The notes under the pieces: model-generated | Told to the model about the DNA's origin: nothing | The model's database searches: none | What the model saw: only the letters and a program-made list of their open reading frames with translations | In this document: positions 13,238 to 25,749 of the stretch, in pieces | Layout: each line of letters begins with the position of its first letter | Position numbering within the stretch: position 1 is the stretch's first letter | Translations under genes and position numbers: made by a program | From: the human T2T-CHM13v2.0 reference genome, Homo sapiens | Strand: one strand, 5' to 3' | Assembly (NCBI RefSeq): GCF_009914755.1 | Contig: NC_060944.1 | Length of the DNA: 64,000 nt

Positions 13238-13907
13238 TTGAAGCTTTTCTAAAGAGAATGCTGTCATGGTTTACTGTTATACTGGGAAATAAAAATCAAA
13301 ATATGGAAAGGTGAAAAATTTTAAAAGCTTTCTGCTCAAATATAAAATGCCTCAAAATAGAGAAGAAAAAAGATAAAGCAGTGGGCCAGCAAGAAGGTGG
13401 TTGTCTAACAGCCAGGAGGCCAGAATTTCTGCCCTTTTGAAGAGGGACACCCGATTCCCAGGAGGGGCCTGGCCCATGATGCTTCTTTCCCTGCTTTGTT
13501 TCATTAGAATAGGAAGGAAACAGATCATTAGATCTGACTGCCTTGCTAGTTAGATGGGAAAATCGAGGCCTGGGGAGGTGACTGGCAACCCCTGCCTCCT
13601 CCCCCTTGCTCAAGTCAGTTTCCTTTGTTCCAAGCTCTCCCCTCTGACTTTCTAGTTTTGTCCAAGGTTGTCCACTTATTTATTCAAAGAGATTCCAAAG
13701 GCCACTTCACCACTCTGAGCCTCAGTTTCCTGTGTGTGAAGTGGGGACGTGTCATCTCCCCCTTGGGATTGTTGAGAGGCCCGACTGAGATAGTGTATAA
13801 GGAGGCAGCTGGACGGTCTAACTGCTCCTACTCACCCCCCTCCCCCAGCCCTCCCCCCAACCTCACCTCCGGGTTTCCCTTCCCCAAACCAGTCTGGGTG
13901 AGATTTA

Positions 13908-14307
<400 letters not shown>

Positions 14308-14444
14308 CTATTCCTGATGTGGGGCTTTTGAAACCAAGTCACCGCTAAGCCCCAGTTCATAGTGGTCTGGGAATATACAGGCCTCAAACAGCGAGTGAAG
14401 TCCCTTGGTAAATATGTGGAATTGGGCATATCATTCTGCTTCTT

Positions 14445-14750
14445 TTTATTTTTATTTTTTTAGAGACAGGGTCTCACCCTGATAACCAGCCTGGAGTGCA
14501 GTGGTATAATCATAGCTCACTGCAGCCTCGACTTCCTGGACACAAGTGATCCTCCCACCTCAACCTCCCAATTAGCTGGGACCACAGGCGTGCACTACCA
14601 CACCCAGCTACTGTTAAAATTTTTTTTTGTAGAGACAGGGTCTTGCTCTGTTGCCCAGGCTGGTCTTTAACTCCTGGCTCGCTCAAGTGATTCTCCCTCC
14701 TCAGCCTCCCAAAGAACCGAGATTACAGGCATGGATCACTGAGCCCGGCC
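14445..14750 (-). mobile_element. AluJ
   Basis: Full dimer in antisense. Confidence 0.92.
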
Positions 14751-14949
14751 TCATTTTGTTTCTATAAACAGGGATAACAGGAGTACTCATGTCTTGAGGG
14801 TTTTGTGAGGCTGGAGCACAGTGGGCCTCACTCAGTCCACTTTGATGTGTGTCTCTTATCCCCTGTTCTTCTCACCTCCAGTAGCCTCCTCCATGGGCGG
14901 ATCCAGCCCTGCCCACCCCAACGCTGTGAGTGGATGGCGTGTGGCTCAC

Positions 14950-15192
14950 CTGGGCACCAGGCGTTGAAGAGCAAAATGAAGTGGCCCAGCACAAAGCTGG
15001 ATCCCTGGTAGCCAGTGGAGGCCTCCAGGCTGAGGCGATACAGGCCGATGGGGGCGTTGGCCGGGGTGGTGAGCTGCAGCGAGAGGGTGCAGTCTTGCTG
15101 GTCCACCACGGTGGCTGTCCAGTCACCCTCCTCCACAGCATCTCTTAGTGGAAAACGGGCCTTGGTCCCGGCCTCCTGGCTAGGGGCTGGGC
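14950..15192 (-). CDS. TGM2: TGM2 exon 3 (243 nt; GPAPSQEAG...[10 protein letters not shown]), includes the [19 protein letters not shown] fibronectin-binding segment
   Basis: Acceptor CTCCACAG| and donor G|GTGAGC. Translation matches TG2. Confidence 0.98.
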
Positions 15193-16634
15193 CTGTGGAG
15201 GGAGAAGCAGTAGCCGTGAGCTAGGGGTAGCAGGGCTGGCAGGGCAGGGCACCTACGTGGGGTCCCCCAGCTTGGGCTCCAGGCCTAGTTCTGCCACTAA
15301 CCACTGAAATAAGTTTGGCAAGAAGTTTGTCTCCCTGAGCCTCAGTTTCCTCATCTGTAAAGGGGGGCTCAGAACCCCAGCCTTTTAGGGTGGTTTTGTG
15401 GGAATGCATAAAAAGCCACAGGCATACAGCATGTCCTCAACTAAAGAGTCCTCCTGAGAGAGGGGCCATGCGGCCCAGAGCCAAGGCTCAGTTCCACTGC
15501 TCTGCAATGATGTGACTCGGGACAAGCCCATCCCTCTCTCTGGGATCACCTGGCCCCATTTGTGTAGCATAGACAAGGATTAGGCAACATGCCCTAGGGC
15601 CCTCCTTTCCTGCCTACATCCTCTACCTGCTAGCGTCCCGCTTTTTCTCTCAGAGAAGGAAGCCCAGACGCTGAGCAGGAAGGGACCTCGGTCCTCTGAG
15701 AGCCCCTTGCTGTAGGCCAGCGGAGGATGCTGGCTGGCCCACACAGCCTCAAGGTGTCTGTCTCCCCAGGCCCCCCATCTGCTGTCCCCCACATCTCCAT
15801 AGGCAGTTCCGAGATGCTGGTCATAACAACCCCTCACCTTCCTACAGCCTTTTACACTTCATGAAGCACCTGCTTCCTTTGAGACCCCTTGCCCAGGTGA
15901 GAAAACTGAGGCTCAGAGCAAAGCGGTCTCCCAAGGATATCCTAGGAGTTTGTGGCAAAGGTCGCATCTGAAGTGGGTCTTTAGCTCTCAGTTGTCTTCT
16001 ACGGTGCCTCTTCTTCCCAAAGAGGACACTCCCCAGCCGGGTTCTCAAAGGCACAGTGATGGGCACACTCTCAAAGCAGCTGCTTTTCCAGGTGGAGGGG
16101 AGGGCCCGCCCCCACAGGCAGGTCTGAGTCATGGGCAGGGCGAGGAGGGGCTGGTCACTTTCTGGACATGGGTGGTGGAGAGAAGACAGAGGACGTTCTC
16201 TGCCTGGCTGGGCGGGTGCCCAGGAAAGTTTATTTTTATTCTTCCATCTCCCTCCTTGCAGCTCTGCCCACCCACCGTGGACATTATTGGGGCCTGCTCA
16301 CCCAGGGGCTCCCTCCCAGCCCCCAGCCCCCTCCTCCCTGCCAGCCAGCCCCACCCACACCCAGCTCAAATGTAACCATGAACTAACAGGCATGACACAG
16401 GCCTCTCAGGCCCTGTCCAAGTGCCAGGGGCCGACTGGAAGCCTTTGAATGCTCCCTGACTTCCAGAGCTGGCATTTGGGGAGGAGCCATGCAGGCCTGG
16501 GGTCCCAGACCCACCCTACGTCTGGCTCCCTGACTCTGCCCCTGAGCACTGTGTGACCTGGGCCACATCACCAGGCCTCTCTGATCTGCTTTCTTATCCA
16601 AGAAGAAAACAGGCTTAGGCCACATGCCTGGGAG

Positions 16635-16825
16635 AGTCCAATCTCAGGTTCGAAACTGGCTCTCTGAACTTCGACAAGTTACTTAGCTTCTCTATGCCAC
16701 AGTTTTCTCATCTGTAAAATGAGGCCAGTGGCAGTACCTCCCTATAAGGTTGTTGTGAAGCTTAAAGAGGACAGGCATACAAAGCATCCCACAAGGCACC
16801 TGGTGTATAGTAAGTGCTCAGGAAA
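16635..16825 (+). mobile_element. MIR (representative; further MIR fragments at about 3290, 3720, 4670, 5330, 10320, 13715, 15270, 19620, 26040, 26935, 27600, 30840 and elsewhere)
   Basis: MIR core CAAGTTACTTAGCTTCTCTATGCCACAGTTTTCTCATCTGTAAAATG. Confidence 0.8.
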
Positions 16826-18334
16826 CAATAGTTAGTCTTGTTCAGTTTTCATGAACGCCTCCTGGCTCTGTTTAGAGGGTTCCGTGAGAGAGTTCATAGA
16901 AAGCATTTTGAACAGTGACCAGCTCACAGTAATCATGCAGGAAATGTGAGCTATCGTCAGTGTTATTAAAAGGGGCCATTAAAAGTCTGAATTCTCAGGC
17001 CAAATAGCAGATCGTGAGGACTGGAGTGGAATGTAGAAATTGTCTAGTTCGATTGAAGAACTTCACAGATTTGGAAACTGAGGTTGAGAGGGGTGGTGCT
17101 GGGGTGACCAAGCATCACAGTTTGCTCAGGACAGCCTCAGTTTACGCCTGTGGTCCCATCATAATTCTTAAGGGTGCTCTTTCCAATCTCAGAAATGTCC
17201 CTGCTCGGAGGATCAATGATCTGGTCTCTGTGGCAACAGGCCTGGGCCAGATCCCATCATCACTGTCGCTGTTGACATGTCACCCTTGGGGACAAGTCAG
17301 GAAACGCATTTCCCTTTCTCTCTATCTTGGGGCAGCCATGCACACACACTCACACACCCCTTTCTTCCCAGATCCTGGGGGAACAGGAGAAGGACAGGCT
17401 GTCCCACGGTCCACCCGCTGCTCACGTAAGCTGACTTCACAAATTCCTTGGCTGCGGTTCTACACCATCCTCTTTGTGAGACCAGAGGCACCATGAGGGC
17501 CACTCTGGGCCCAAATGACCACAGGGAGCCTGGGGGTCCTGGCCACTATCCCAGACCATGGTGGCCGGGCTGGGATGGGGTGGGTGGGCAGGACCTTCCA
17601 GAGTAAAGCCTTCTATCAGCCTCATAAGGGTTCCCTTCACTCCTCCAGGCTGACTTCACTCCCATTGTGACTGCCACACCCCCTCAAGCCCCGACCCCAC
17701 CTTGGAGGGAACTTTATCCCTCTGACAAGGATGGCATTTGTCTAGTGTGGCCTGGACCCCATAACGGAGTCTGTCGGGTCTCAAACTGTCTGGGTGAAAA
17801 CACACAACATCTAAGAATGTGTGGGGTCAGGCCACATGCTCCATTCGCTGAGTGACCTTAGCCAGCTCTCCTGCTTCTCTGGGCCTCAGTTTCCCATCAC
17901 AAGCTACAATGTTCCCACACAGGAGCAGAGTCAGCTGGCCAGGCCTTGAGCCGGGCGCTGACCCAGGCCAGGCCTGGAGTTGGGGGAGGGCCTGGTTTCC
18001 TGGTATTGTCCCTCAGGCTTCTCCGGGCCCCGGGAATTTCTTGGTTGCTTGGACAGGGAAGCTGTGTGCACTCTGTACTCAGAGATCTGGGCTCTTCCGT
18101 GGCTGCCTACAGGGGCTGCGGAAGTGACCGGGGCAGGTTGGTTATGGTTTGAGATAAGTTGGTGGAGACTGGAGGACAGAGATTAGCTTGCTGAGGTGGG
18201 AAGGTCAGCAGCAGCCCTTCACCCAACCCCAAACTCAGGGCCCTAATTACCTAACACTACGCTGCCCAGACAATTGGAGAAGGAGAAATAAGAAAGGGGA
18301 CATCTGGAGTGAAAGAAGAGGAAAGAAGGCAGCC

Positions 18335-18665
18335 TTATCCTCAGCGAACGAACGCAGGAGCAGAAAAGCAAATCCCCCATGTTCTCACTTATAAGTGGGA
18401 GAGAAATGACGAGAACATATGGACGCATAGAGGGAAACAACACACACTGGGGCCTCCTTGAGGGTGGAGGGTGAGAGGAGGGAGAGGAGCAGAAAAAATA
18501 ACGCTTGGGTACTAGACTTAGCACCTGGGTGACAAAATAATCGGTACCACAAACCCCCGTGACACGAGTTTACCTATATAACAAACCTGCACGTGTACCC
18601 ATGAACCTAAAATAAAAGTTTTAAAAAAGAAAGAAAGAAAGAAAGAAAAATAAATAAAAAAGAAA
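18335..18665 (+). mobile_element. Older L1PA (PA13-16-like) 3' end with A-rich tail
   Basis: ATGTTCTCACTTATAAGTGGGAG ... AACAAACCTGCACGTGTACCCATGAACCTAAAATAAAAG. Confidence 0.88.
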
Positions 18666-19939
18666 GTAGAAATCACAGGCTGCCCAAGCCAGCAGCTCAT
18701 CTACCATTCCATTTCACAGAGGAACACACTGAGCCCTGGCAGGCACTTGTGATAAATGCGCCTGCTGCAGGGACATAGGGATGAAAAGCCTCACTCTGCA
18801 GTCGGGGTTTGAAGCCTTCTGTGTCCCTGACTCACTGTGTGACTGACCTTCCTGAGCCAGTGACTTGACCTTTCTGAGCCTCAGCTTTCCCATCTGCAAA
18901 ATGGAGTCCTTTATAACTTCTAAGCTGCGAGGATTCAAGACAAGCATGCGTTCAGTGGGTGCCCCACAGATGTTGTGATTTTCACTATCACAAGTCTGAC
19001 TCTTCTCAGGCCACCAGACCCAGCCCTTAACTGCCATGTACCCTAACTTTTCACTTCGTAAAGGGGGAAACTGAGACTGGAGGGTCAGAGACTTGCTGGG
19101 GGCTCCTTGGCTCTGTTAGCAAGAGAACTTTGGGGGCCAGTGTGCTTGTGGGGGAGCCCCTGGGCAGTGGGTGTGTCTCCACCAGGAGGGCAGGGGCAGG
19201 GAGGAGAAGGATGGAGGAGCTATCCGAGGCTAGGCTGCAGTCCCCATGATAAGCCTTATCAACAGCCTTCTAGTTCAATGCAGGCCTCAGCCAAGGAATG
19301 CTTGCTGCCATCTCTGCCCTCAGAGACTTCAGAAAGAGCTGGCCTTTCCCAACCCGAGTCCTAGCCAGGTGGCCCCTCACTGACCTCAAGGGAATGGCTG
19401 CCACCAGAAACCAGACCCACTGATTTGGCATTTGAGGCCATTTTCCCAGGAATGGCCAACAAAGAAAATTGCGCATCACGCATCTGGGGATGAGACGCCT
19501 GGGGACTTGGTGTCCCTTTACCTATCCCTGGGGCCCCAGTACAAAGATAAGTAACAGCTGCAAATATCTGCAGGCCCTCCCCCATAGCAGACACTTAACA
19601 ACCTTCCAATGTGAGGGCTTTCAGATGATGAAACCTCAGAGGCTCAGAGAGGTTAAGTAATTTGCCTAAGGTCACACAGCAGGTAGGCAGCCCAGCCTGC
19701 GCTAGAATCCTAGTCTTTCTGTCCAGCCCCGGAGATTGAGGCAGCCTCCTAATGCTTGGAGAATGAACTGCTGGGACCCAGAACTGCCCACATGGAAGGC
19801 TGAAGCTAGCTGGGCTTTTTCTCTGCCACCCAGGCCTGATTTGGGCCTGATCCCAGTGCCTGGCTGGGTTGCGTGGATTTCAGGCAGCAGAGAGATTAGA
19901 AAGTTGTTTTGATATGGGAAAGGGCAGACAGGATCTTTT

Positions 19940-20238
<299 letters not shown>

Positions 20239-20476
20239 TGAAGGCTGACCTGCAACCCTGGTGATAATAGGCTTTCAGAAGCTCAGGGTTCCAGAGGCAC
20301 AGACTTGCTCACAAAGCTGGTGGTCTGCCATGACATCTCCTTCCTTTCCGGGCCTCAGTTCCCTCATCTCTAAAATGGGGCTGATGACAGGTGGCAATCT
20401 CCCAGGGAACAAAGAAGGTAAAGTTATTTGTCCTGTTCTCTGTCAGGGTTCTGGGGCATGTCGGGGTGGAGAGGAA

Positions 20477-20500
20477 GTGGTGGTGGTGGTGGTGGTGGTG
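20477..20500. repeat. (GTG)8 microsatellite just inside intron 2
   Basis: Direct reading. Confidence 0.9.
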
Positions 20501-20522
20501 GAGTGGGGTTGCAGGTACTCAC

Positions 20523-20702
20523 CGGTCACGACACTGAAGGTGAGACTGTCTACACTGGCCTCGTAGTTGCGGCCCTCAAAGTGCAGGGTCAGCCAGAAGG
20601 GCTGGCCCCGTCGCACCACCAGCTTCTCCCGGCACAGGTCGGCCGTGTGGTGGTCTCGGCCATTGGTCTCCAGCTCCAGATCACACCTCTCTAAGACCAG
20701 CT
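20523..20702 (-). CDS. TGM2: TGM2 exon 2 (180 nt; ELVLERCDL...SLTFSVVTG), N-terminal beta-sandwich
   Basis: Acceptor TTCCATAG| and donor G|GTGAGT. Translation matches TG2 (inside ORF 20443..20811). Confidence 0.98.
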
Positions 20703-20889
20703 CTATGGAAACAGAAGGAGACGCATGAGCCTCGGGGGCATCCTTCAGACCTCCAGTGATGCACCTGCCCTCCCTAGACATGGGGGCCTTGTGCCCTCTT
20801 ACTCCCCACAAAGCACAGCCATTGTTTCGACTGACCTGTCTCCCCAGCCCTGGTCACACGGGGGCTAGGTGGGGCCCAATCTCCCTAAC

Positions 20890-21213
20890 TCTTTTTTTTC
20901 TTTTTAATTTAATTGAGAAAAGGTCTTGCTTTGTTGCCCAGGCTGGAGTGCAGTGGTGTGATCATAGCTCACTGTAGCCTTGAATTCCTGGGCTCAAGGG
21001 ATCGTCCCACCCCAGCCTCCTGAGTAGCTGAGAGGACAGGCGTGCACCACTAATTTTTTCATTTATCAGTGAGCTGGGACTATAGGTATGTGCCCAGCTA
21101 ATTTCTTCATTTTTGGTTTTGCCATGTTGCCCAGGCTGCTCTCGAACTCCTGGGCCAAGTGATGGCTCCTGCCTTGACCTACCAAAGTGCAGGTGCGAGC
21201 CACAGTGCCCAGC
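20890..21213 (-). mobile_element. AluJ with a rearranged middle
   Basis: Alu body in antisense. Confidence 0.85.
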
Positions 21214-21479
21214 TTTGCCTAAATCTTTTAATCACAAGGTCGTGACCCCCTGTGGCACTTCCTAGCTGTGTGACCTCCAGCAGCCATGGGACCAGCAGTA
21301 TCTACCTCCCAGGGCTGGTGTGAGCAAGAAATGAATTAATGCATGTAAAACACTTAGTACAATGTCTGTTGTGTAATAAATACTCAATAAACACGAGCTA
21401 TTCTATTGCTATCAGAGGGTTCTTTTGGTTTAAGCAGGGGCAGTATTTGGTACAGGTCAATTACATGGCCTTTGCCTTT

Positions 21480-22012
21480 AGATCCAATGTTCAATTTACA
21501 GGAAATACCCAGGGCTGAGGAACAAGTTAAACACAGAACCAGGATGCAGTTGACAAACTTCATATACTGGGAAATTATTGACAAAGGGTCCGGTTTCTTT
21601 AATAAATAGATTGCAAGAAAGAAAATGAAAAAAACATTGAAGAGAGAACCTATAAAGAGAAACTTAAACCCGTTGTGATGTATTGATCTATTTGGATCTT
21701 GATTTCAAAAAAGTATTTTAAAACATTTATTACATGTATGAGACAACTGGAAATTTAAATACTGATGGCATAATGGTGATATCAAAGAATTTTTGTTAAT
21801 TTGTTTGTGTTAAAAAAAAGAGAGTCCTTATCCTTTAAAGGCATATACTGAAACATTGACAGATGACATGATGTGATGTCTGAGATGAAGGTGCGCAGGG
21901 GCAGGAGACACCACGGTGGTCAGTGCTGGGTGATGAGGACATAGGAATTTATTAAACAATTCTGTCTATTTTTGTGTATGTTCAATATTCTCCAAAACAA
22001 AACATTTTTAAC
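21480..22012 (+). mobile_element. L1MC4-like 3' end
   Basis: Recognised blocks GAGACAACTGGAAATTT and GAGTCCTTATCCTTT..CATATACTGAAA. Confidence 0.65.
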
Positions 22013-22223
22013 ATGATAGGTGCTTTGGAGACTTCCAGAGGTAGGTTTTAGTTCTGCTGTGTTGCTGTGTGAGCCTGGATAAGTGTCTCTCCCTCTCTGT
22101 GACTCCTCCTCTGAAGTCTCAAGGGGCTGCTGTGAGTCTAGAAGATGTGTTGGGAACCCCCTTCCCCACGGCCCAGCCCAGGACAGAAGCTTGATACGTG
22201 AAAGTTCCATTTACAGTTTCAGA

Positions 22224-22300
22224 TGGAGCAGAGGACCAGGGCACGGTCAGGGTGACAGATGGGTGGGGGTCTTGGGGGAAAACAAATCTCATAAACCTTG
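22224..22300 (+). repeat. Paired duplication B, copy 1 (77 bp, identical to 23621..23697)
   Basis: Base-by-base identity. The ORF track also shows the same peptide RFMRFVFPQDPHPSVTLTVPWSSAP twice. Confidence 0.97.
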
Positions 22301-23620
22301 GCAAGCTCAAGGTCAGGATGGGGAAGCCCTTAAGGTGGGAGGAGTGGGCAAGACAGACTCTGAGTGTGGAGCCACTGGACAGCATGTGGTCCAAGTGAGG
22401 CCCAGGGGCAGGAATTTGTTCAAAGTCACGCCGCAAGTTGGTCCTTGCAGTGGGAGAGCCCAGGTCTCCTGCTCACCATCGACTATTCCAAAAATGAGAT
22501 GCAAAGTGCCTTGTATGTGAATTATCTCGACTTAAATCCCAAAACAACTCCGCTTACATAGATGCTATCATGATTCCCATTTTGTAGACAAAGACACCAG
22601 GTGGCTCCAGGTCCCAGAGCAAGTGGCTGCTTTGGGATTGGAATCCAGAGCTGTAGGATTCTGTAGGATTCTGCCCTGGGAACCACCTCACTACAGCTCA
22701 GTTTTTTCTCCAGCCCCTCTTATGACCACCCCTTCGCCACCATGTCCTGTGTTGTTCTCAAACCTGGGGGCAGATAGTTCTGCGCCACTGAAGTATCAGG
22801 GATGTCGGTCCCCGTGTAATCACAACAGAAGAGACCTCAGTGGCCAGAAGGAAAAACTTCCTGCTGGCCTATTGCGGCGAGGAAATGTTTTTGGAAACTT
22901 CAGACCCAGGGAGCTTGAGCAGGAAAGAGGCCATTGTTGTTCCCATGGAAGACCCTGGAGATACGGCCAGTCCCTGGGCTGTGGGAGCTGGGGCATTTTC
23001 TCCATCTGTTGTCCGAAGAAGGGTTTCCAGAAATCACGCCCAGCTCCAAAGATGCAGGTCTAGAATTGTAGGATTTATAGGATTTCTGCACTTAGAAAGG
23101 GCCTAGGCCTTCTAGGCCAGTGAGACCTCTGTCAGAAGTGGCCACTGTGACATGGGGCTGGAGGCTCATCATAACTGGCATCTCCAGGATCTCCCAGCCC
23201 CACTGAGCCCTGCTTTTGAGCATGGGGGTGAGAAGATGCATTGAGGACAAGCGGCCACCGAGGCGACACATCACAGTGTGTTGGGAGCTGGGCCCGAGGG
23301 AGGCAGGTGGCTGAGATCACACAGCAGGGTCAGGTGGGTCCACAGTTCCTGCCACCCATTCCTGCTCCACCTGCCCCATGTCCCTGTCCCACACCCCTTC
23401 CTGGGGGTTGCAATGGGTGCAGAAGCCATCCCCAGATGAACTTGACCCAAGAGCCAGCTGGGATTCTGGGTCCAGCAGTGACATCCTCCATTGTAGAAAT
23501 CCCTCCAGCTGGGACCTACGAGAGTGCTGCTTGTGTGTGGGGAGGGAGTCAGGGGCACCAGTATGAAATTAGTTAAGCCTCTGTTCCACTCCTCTCGTTC
23601 CTCACAGATGCACCAAAGGC

Positions 23621-23736
23621 TGGAGCAGAGGACCAGGGCACGGTCAGGGTGACAGATGGGTGGGGGTCTTGGGGGAAAACAAATCTCATAAACCTTGTCC
23701 TATAAAATAAGGACACTGTTGTCCTTATTTTATAGG
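23621..23736 (+). repeat. Paired duplication B, copy 2, plus an adjacent perfect hairpin with 17-bp arms (23699..23736)
   Basis: CCTATAAAATAAGGACA-ctgt-TGTCCTTATTTTATAGG. Confidence 0.95.
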
Positions 23737-24229
23737 TGAGACTCAACAATTGGCCAAGGTCTAGGGTTGCAGAACGTGAGGGCGGGAAGAACAAGCCTGA
23801 TTTCCGAAGGCTCCTGGATAGGATGCCGAAAGCTCCTCTCTGGCCGCTGGAGCCAAGGACTCAGCCAGGCTTGGCTTGCACACCACCGGCGTGGCATGCA
23901 CACCACCTGGTCCTGGCTGGCAAGAACCACCCAAACCTAAGTGTTCTGAGGCCAGGCCAGCACCCCCTGCACAGCTCCAGGCACACATCAGAGAGCCAGC
24001 CCCCACTGACTGACTGAGGACACGTGCCAGTGGTCCGCCAGGACAGTACTTTACAGTTTACAACACCCCGTCGCGTTCCATTGCCTCACCTGATCCAGGG
24101 AGGCAAGGGTTAATGGTTATGCAGTGTGGATGGGGAAACTGAGGCTCCAAGCAGCATTGAGACGCCTCCTCACCCAGCCCGGTCTGCCTGTTGCTCTCCA
24201 AATCAGGACTTAGGGATTCAGCTCCCACC

Positions 24230-24570
24230 GGGTCCTGACCCCCAATGCCCCGGGGCCCCTGAGTGGCGGCTGCGGTGACTCTGATACTCACCCTCGGCCA
24301 TGGTCGGGCGGGGGCGGTGGCTCCTTCCACTGGCGGCGAGACCCTCCAAGTGCGACCACTGGCGGCTGGCACTGCCGAGGCGGAGAGCGGCGCTAACTTA
24401 TAGCCCGCTTTGGGGCGGGCCGGGGGCGGGGCCCCGCGGGAAGGCGGCGACCTGGGAGGCCACCCATTGCCCAGTCCCGGGCCCACGCCGCCAGCGCTGG
24501 GGCTCACCCAGGGGACCGGAGCCCGAGGGAGGGACGGCGGCCGGACGAGGGCGCCCCCTGGGGGAGCGGA
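24230..24570 (-). promoter_or_regulatory. TGM2: TGM2 core promoter / CpG island with TATA box and Sp1/KLF GC boxes; 5' UTR approx. 24302-24375
   Basis: Dense CpG. TATAA on minus strand at 24402..24398. GGGGCGGG boxes at ~24412-24431 and in the 5' UTR (~24306-24317). TSS inferred ~25-30 nt downstream of TATA. Confidence 0.9.
24292..24301 (-). CDS. TGM2: TGM2 exon 1, coding part (ATG GCC GAG G; M-A-E-)
   Basis: Context CCGACC-ATG-G followed by donor G|GTGAGT at 24291. Joins exon 2 in frame to give MAEELVLERC, the known TG2 N-terminus. Confidence 0.98.
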
Positions 24571-24574
24571 CAGG

Positions 24575-24773
24575 GACACACAACTAGCCCAGGATACAGA
24601 CACACCTGGACCCACAGACTCAGACCTTGGAGAACAGACACCTGGACACACACACTCAGATACAGACACACGCAGCACCCTCATAGAAACACACAACGGA
24701 ACCGGGGTGCACCTGGACACACAGATGTGGACTCTTAGGTCAGATCTGGGATCAAGAACACCTCCCCACCCCC

Positions 24774-24811
<38 letters not shown>

Positions 24812-25250
24812 CTCACACACATACTCAGATATACATACACAGAGAGCAGACGCAGACACACCAAGACAGGGCTGTGGAGATACACACACAAACACAGATA
24901 CACTCCCACAGATACACCAAACACGGCTGGCCACGCAGACACAGTGACATGGATACAAATTCAGATTCGAATGGCAGACACACACCAGGACATAGATACA
25001 GCCTGACACAGCCAGGTAGCCTTGACCGCGAGCCACACACAGCTGTGGACACAGATGAGCAGGTGTCCAGAGGCACCTGGCACACACACAGACCTCCTAG
25101 ACACCAATGCCACTGTCAGATGTGGACGCAAAATCAGAGAGGGCACCCACAGACACACAAAGATGTGGCTACTCAGAGGTAGACACACATGCAGGCATGG
25201 ACTCAGGTACAGACATGCAGACACACCTGCAAAAACAGACACACCCATGT
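24575..25250. repeat. CA-rich low-complexity tract, including (AC)15 at 24775..24804
   Basis: Direct reading: pure AC run embedded in degenerate CAGACACAC-type repeats. Confidence 0.9.
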
Positions 25251-25289
25251 CCCTTCCTGTAGCAAAACCCAGATAATCCTCCGATCTCA

Positions 25290-25460
25290 CCCATCCTTGT
25301 ATCTGTCTAATCAGCCATCCATCTAATCAGCCATCCATCTACCCATCCATCCACTCACCCATGCATCACCTACCCCCCCACCTATCCATCCACTCATCCC
25401 TTCATCCATCCCTCCCTCGGCCTTCTCTTCCCTCCCTCCCTCAATCCATCCATCCACTGA
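25290..25460. repeat. Degenerate (CATC)n tract, probably an L2 tail
   Basis: CCATCCAT units followed by L2-like ...TTGAGGCCCCACTGTGTGCCAG. Confidence 0.7.
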
Positions 25461-25653
25461 GCTTTCTTGAGGCCCCACTGTGTGCCAGAAAGGAGCAAGA
25501 CTAACTTTCCAGGGACTCAGCCTAGGACTTCTCGAACCTGGCAACCAGGGGTCCTATCTCTCATCCTGGTATCTCTGGTCTCTTGGTCTCCTGTGCTTCC
25601 GGATCCACTGTGAGCCCTGAGCGGGAAGGGTTCCCGGAGAGACAGAGGCCCAC

Positions 25654-25663
25654 GGGGCTTCCC
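25654..25663. promoter_or_regulatory. NF-kB site GGGGCTTCCC, ~1.3 kb upstream of the TSS
   Basis: Exact fit to GGGRNWYYCC. TGM2 is an established NF-kB-responsive gene. Occupancy cannot be seen from sequence. Confidence 0.6.
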
Positions 25664-25679
25664 TGGCACTTTTTCCAAA

Positions 25680-25749
25680 ACAAGCTCTACATTCCGGAGC
25701 AAGCTCTACATTCCAGAACAAGCTGTACATTCCGGAACAAGCTCTACAT
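25680..25749. repeat. 19-bp minisatellite (ACAAGCTCTACATTCCGGA) x3.6
   Basis: Units read directly. ACATTCC at 25689, 25708 and 25727. Confidence 0.95.

Noticed and set aside
20703-24291. lncRNA I recall being reported in TGM2 intron 1
   Set aside because: Boundaries cannot be derived from the sequence, so it is not annotated.
24327-24366. GCCGCCAGTGG repeated twice in the 5' UTR as possible GTG upstream starts
   Set aside because: Both GTGs are out of frame with the ATG and have C at -3.
24058-25290. 294-aa and 198-aa ORFs over the promoter
   Set aside because: Products of the GC-rich island and CA repeats; low complexity.
25680-25749. CRISPR-like appearance of short repeats
   Set aside because: Contiguous tandem units without unique spacers; eukaryotic DNA with no cas genes.
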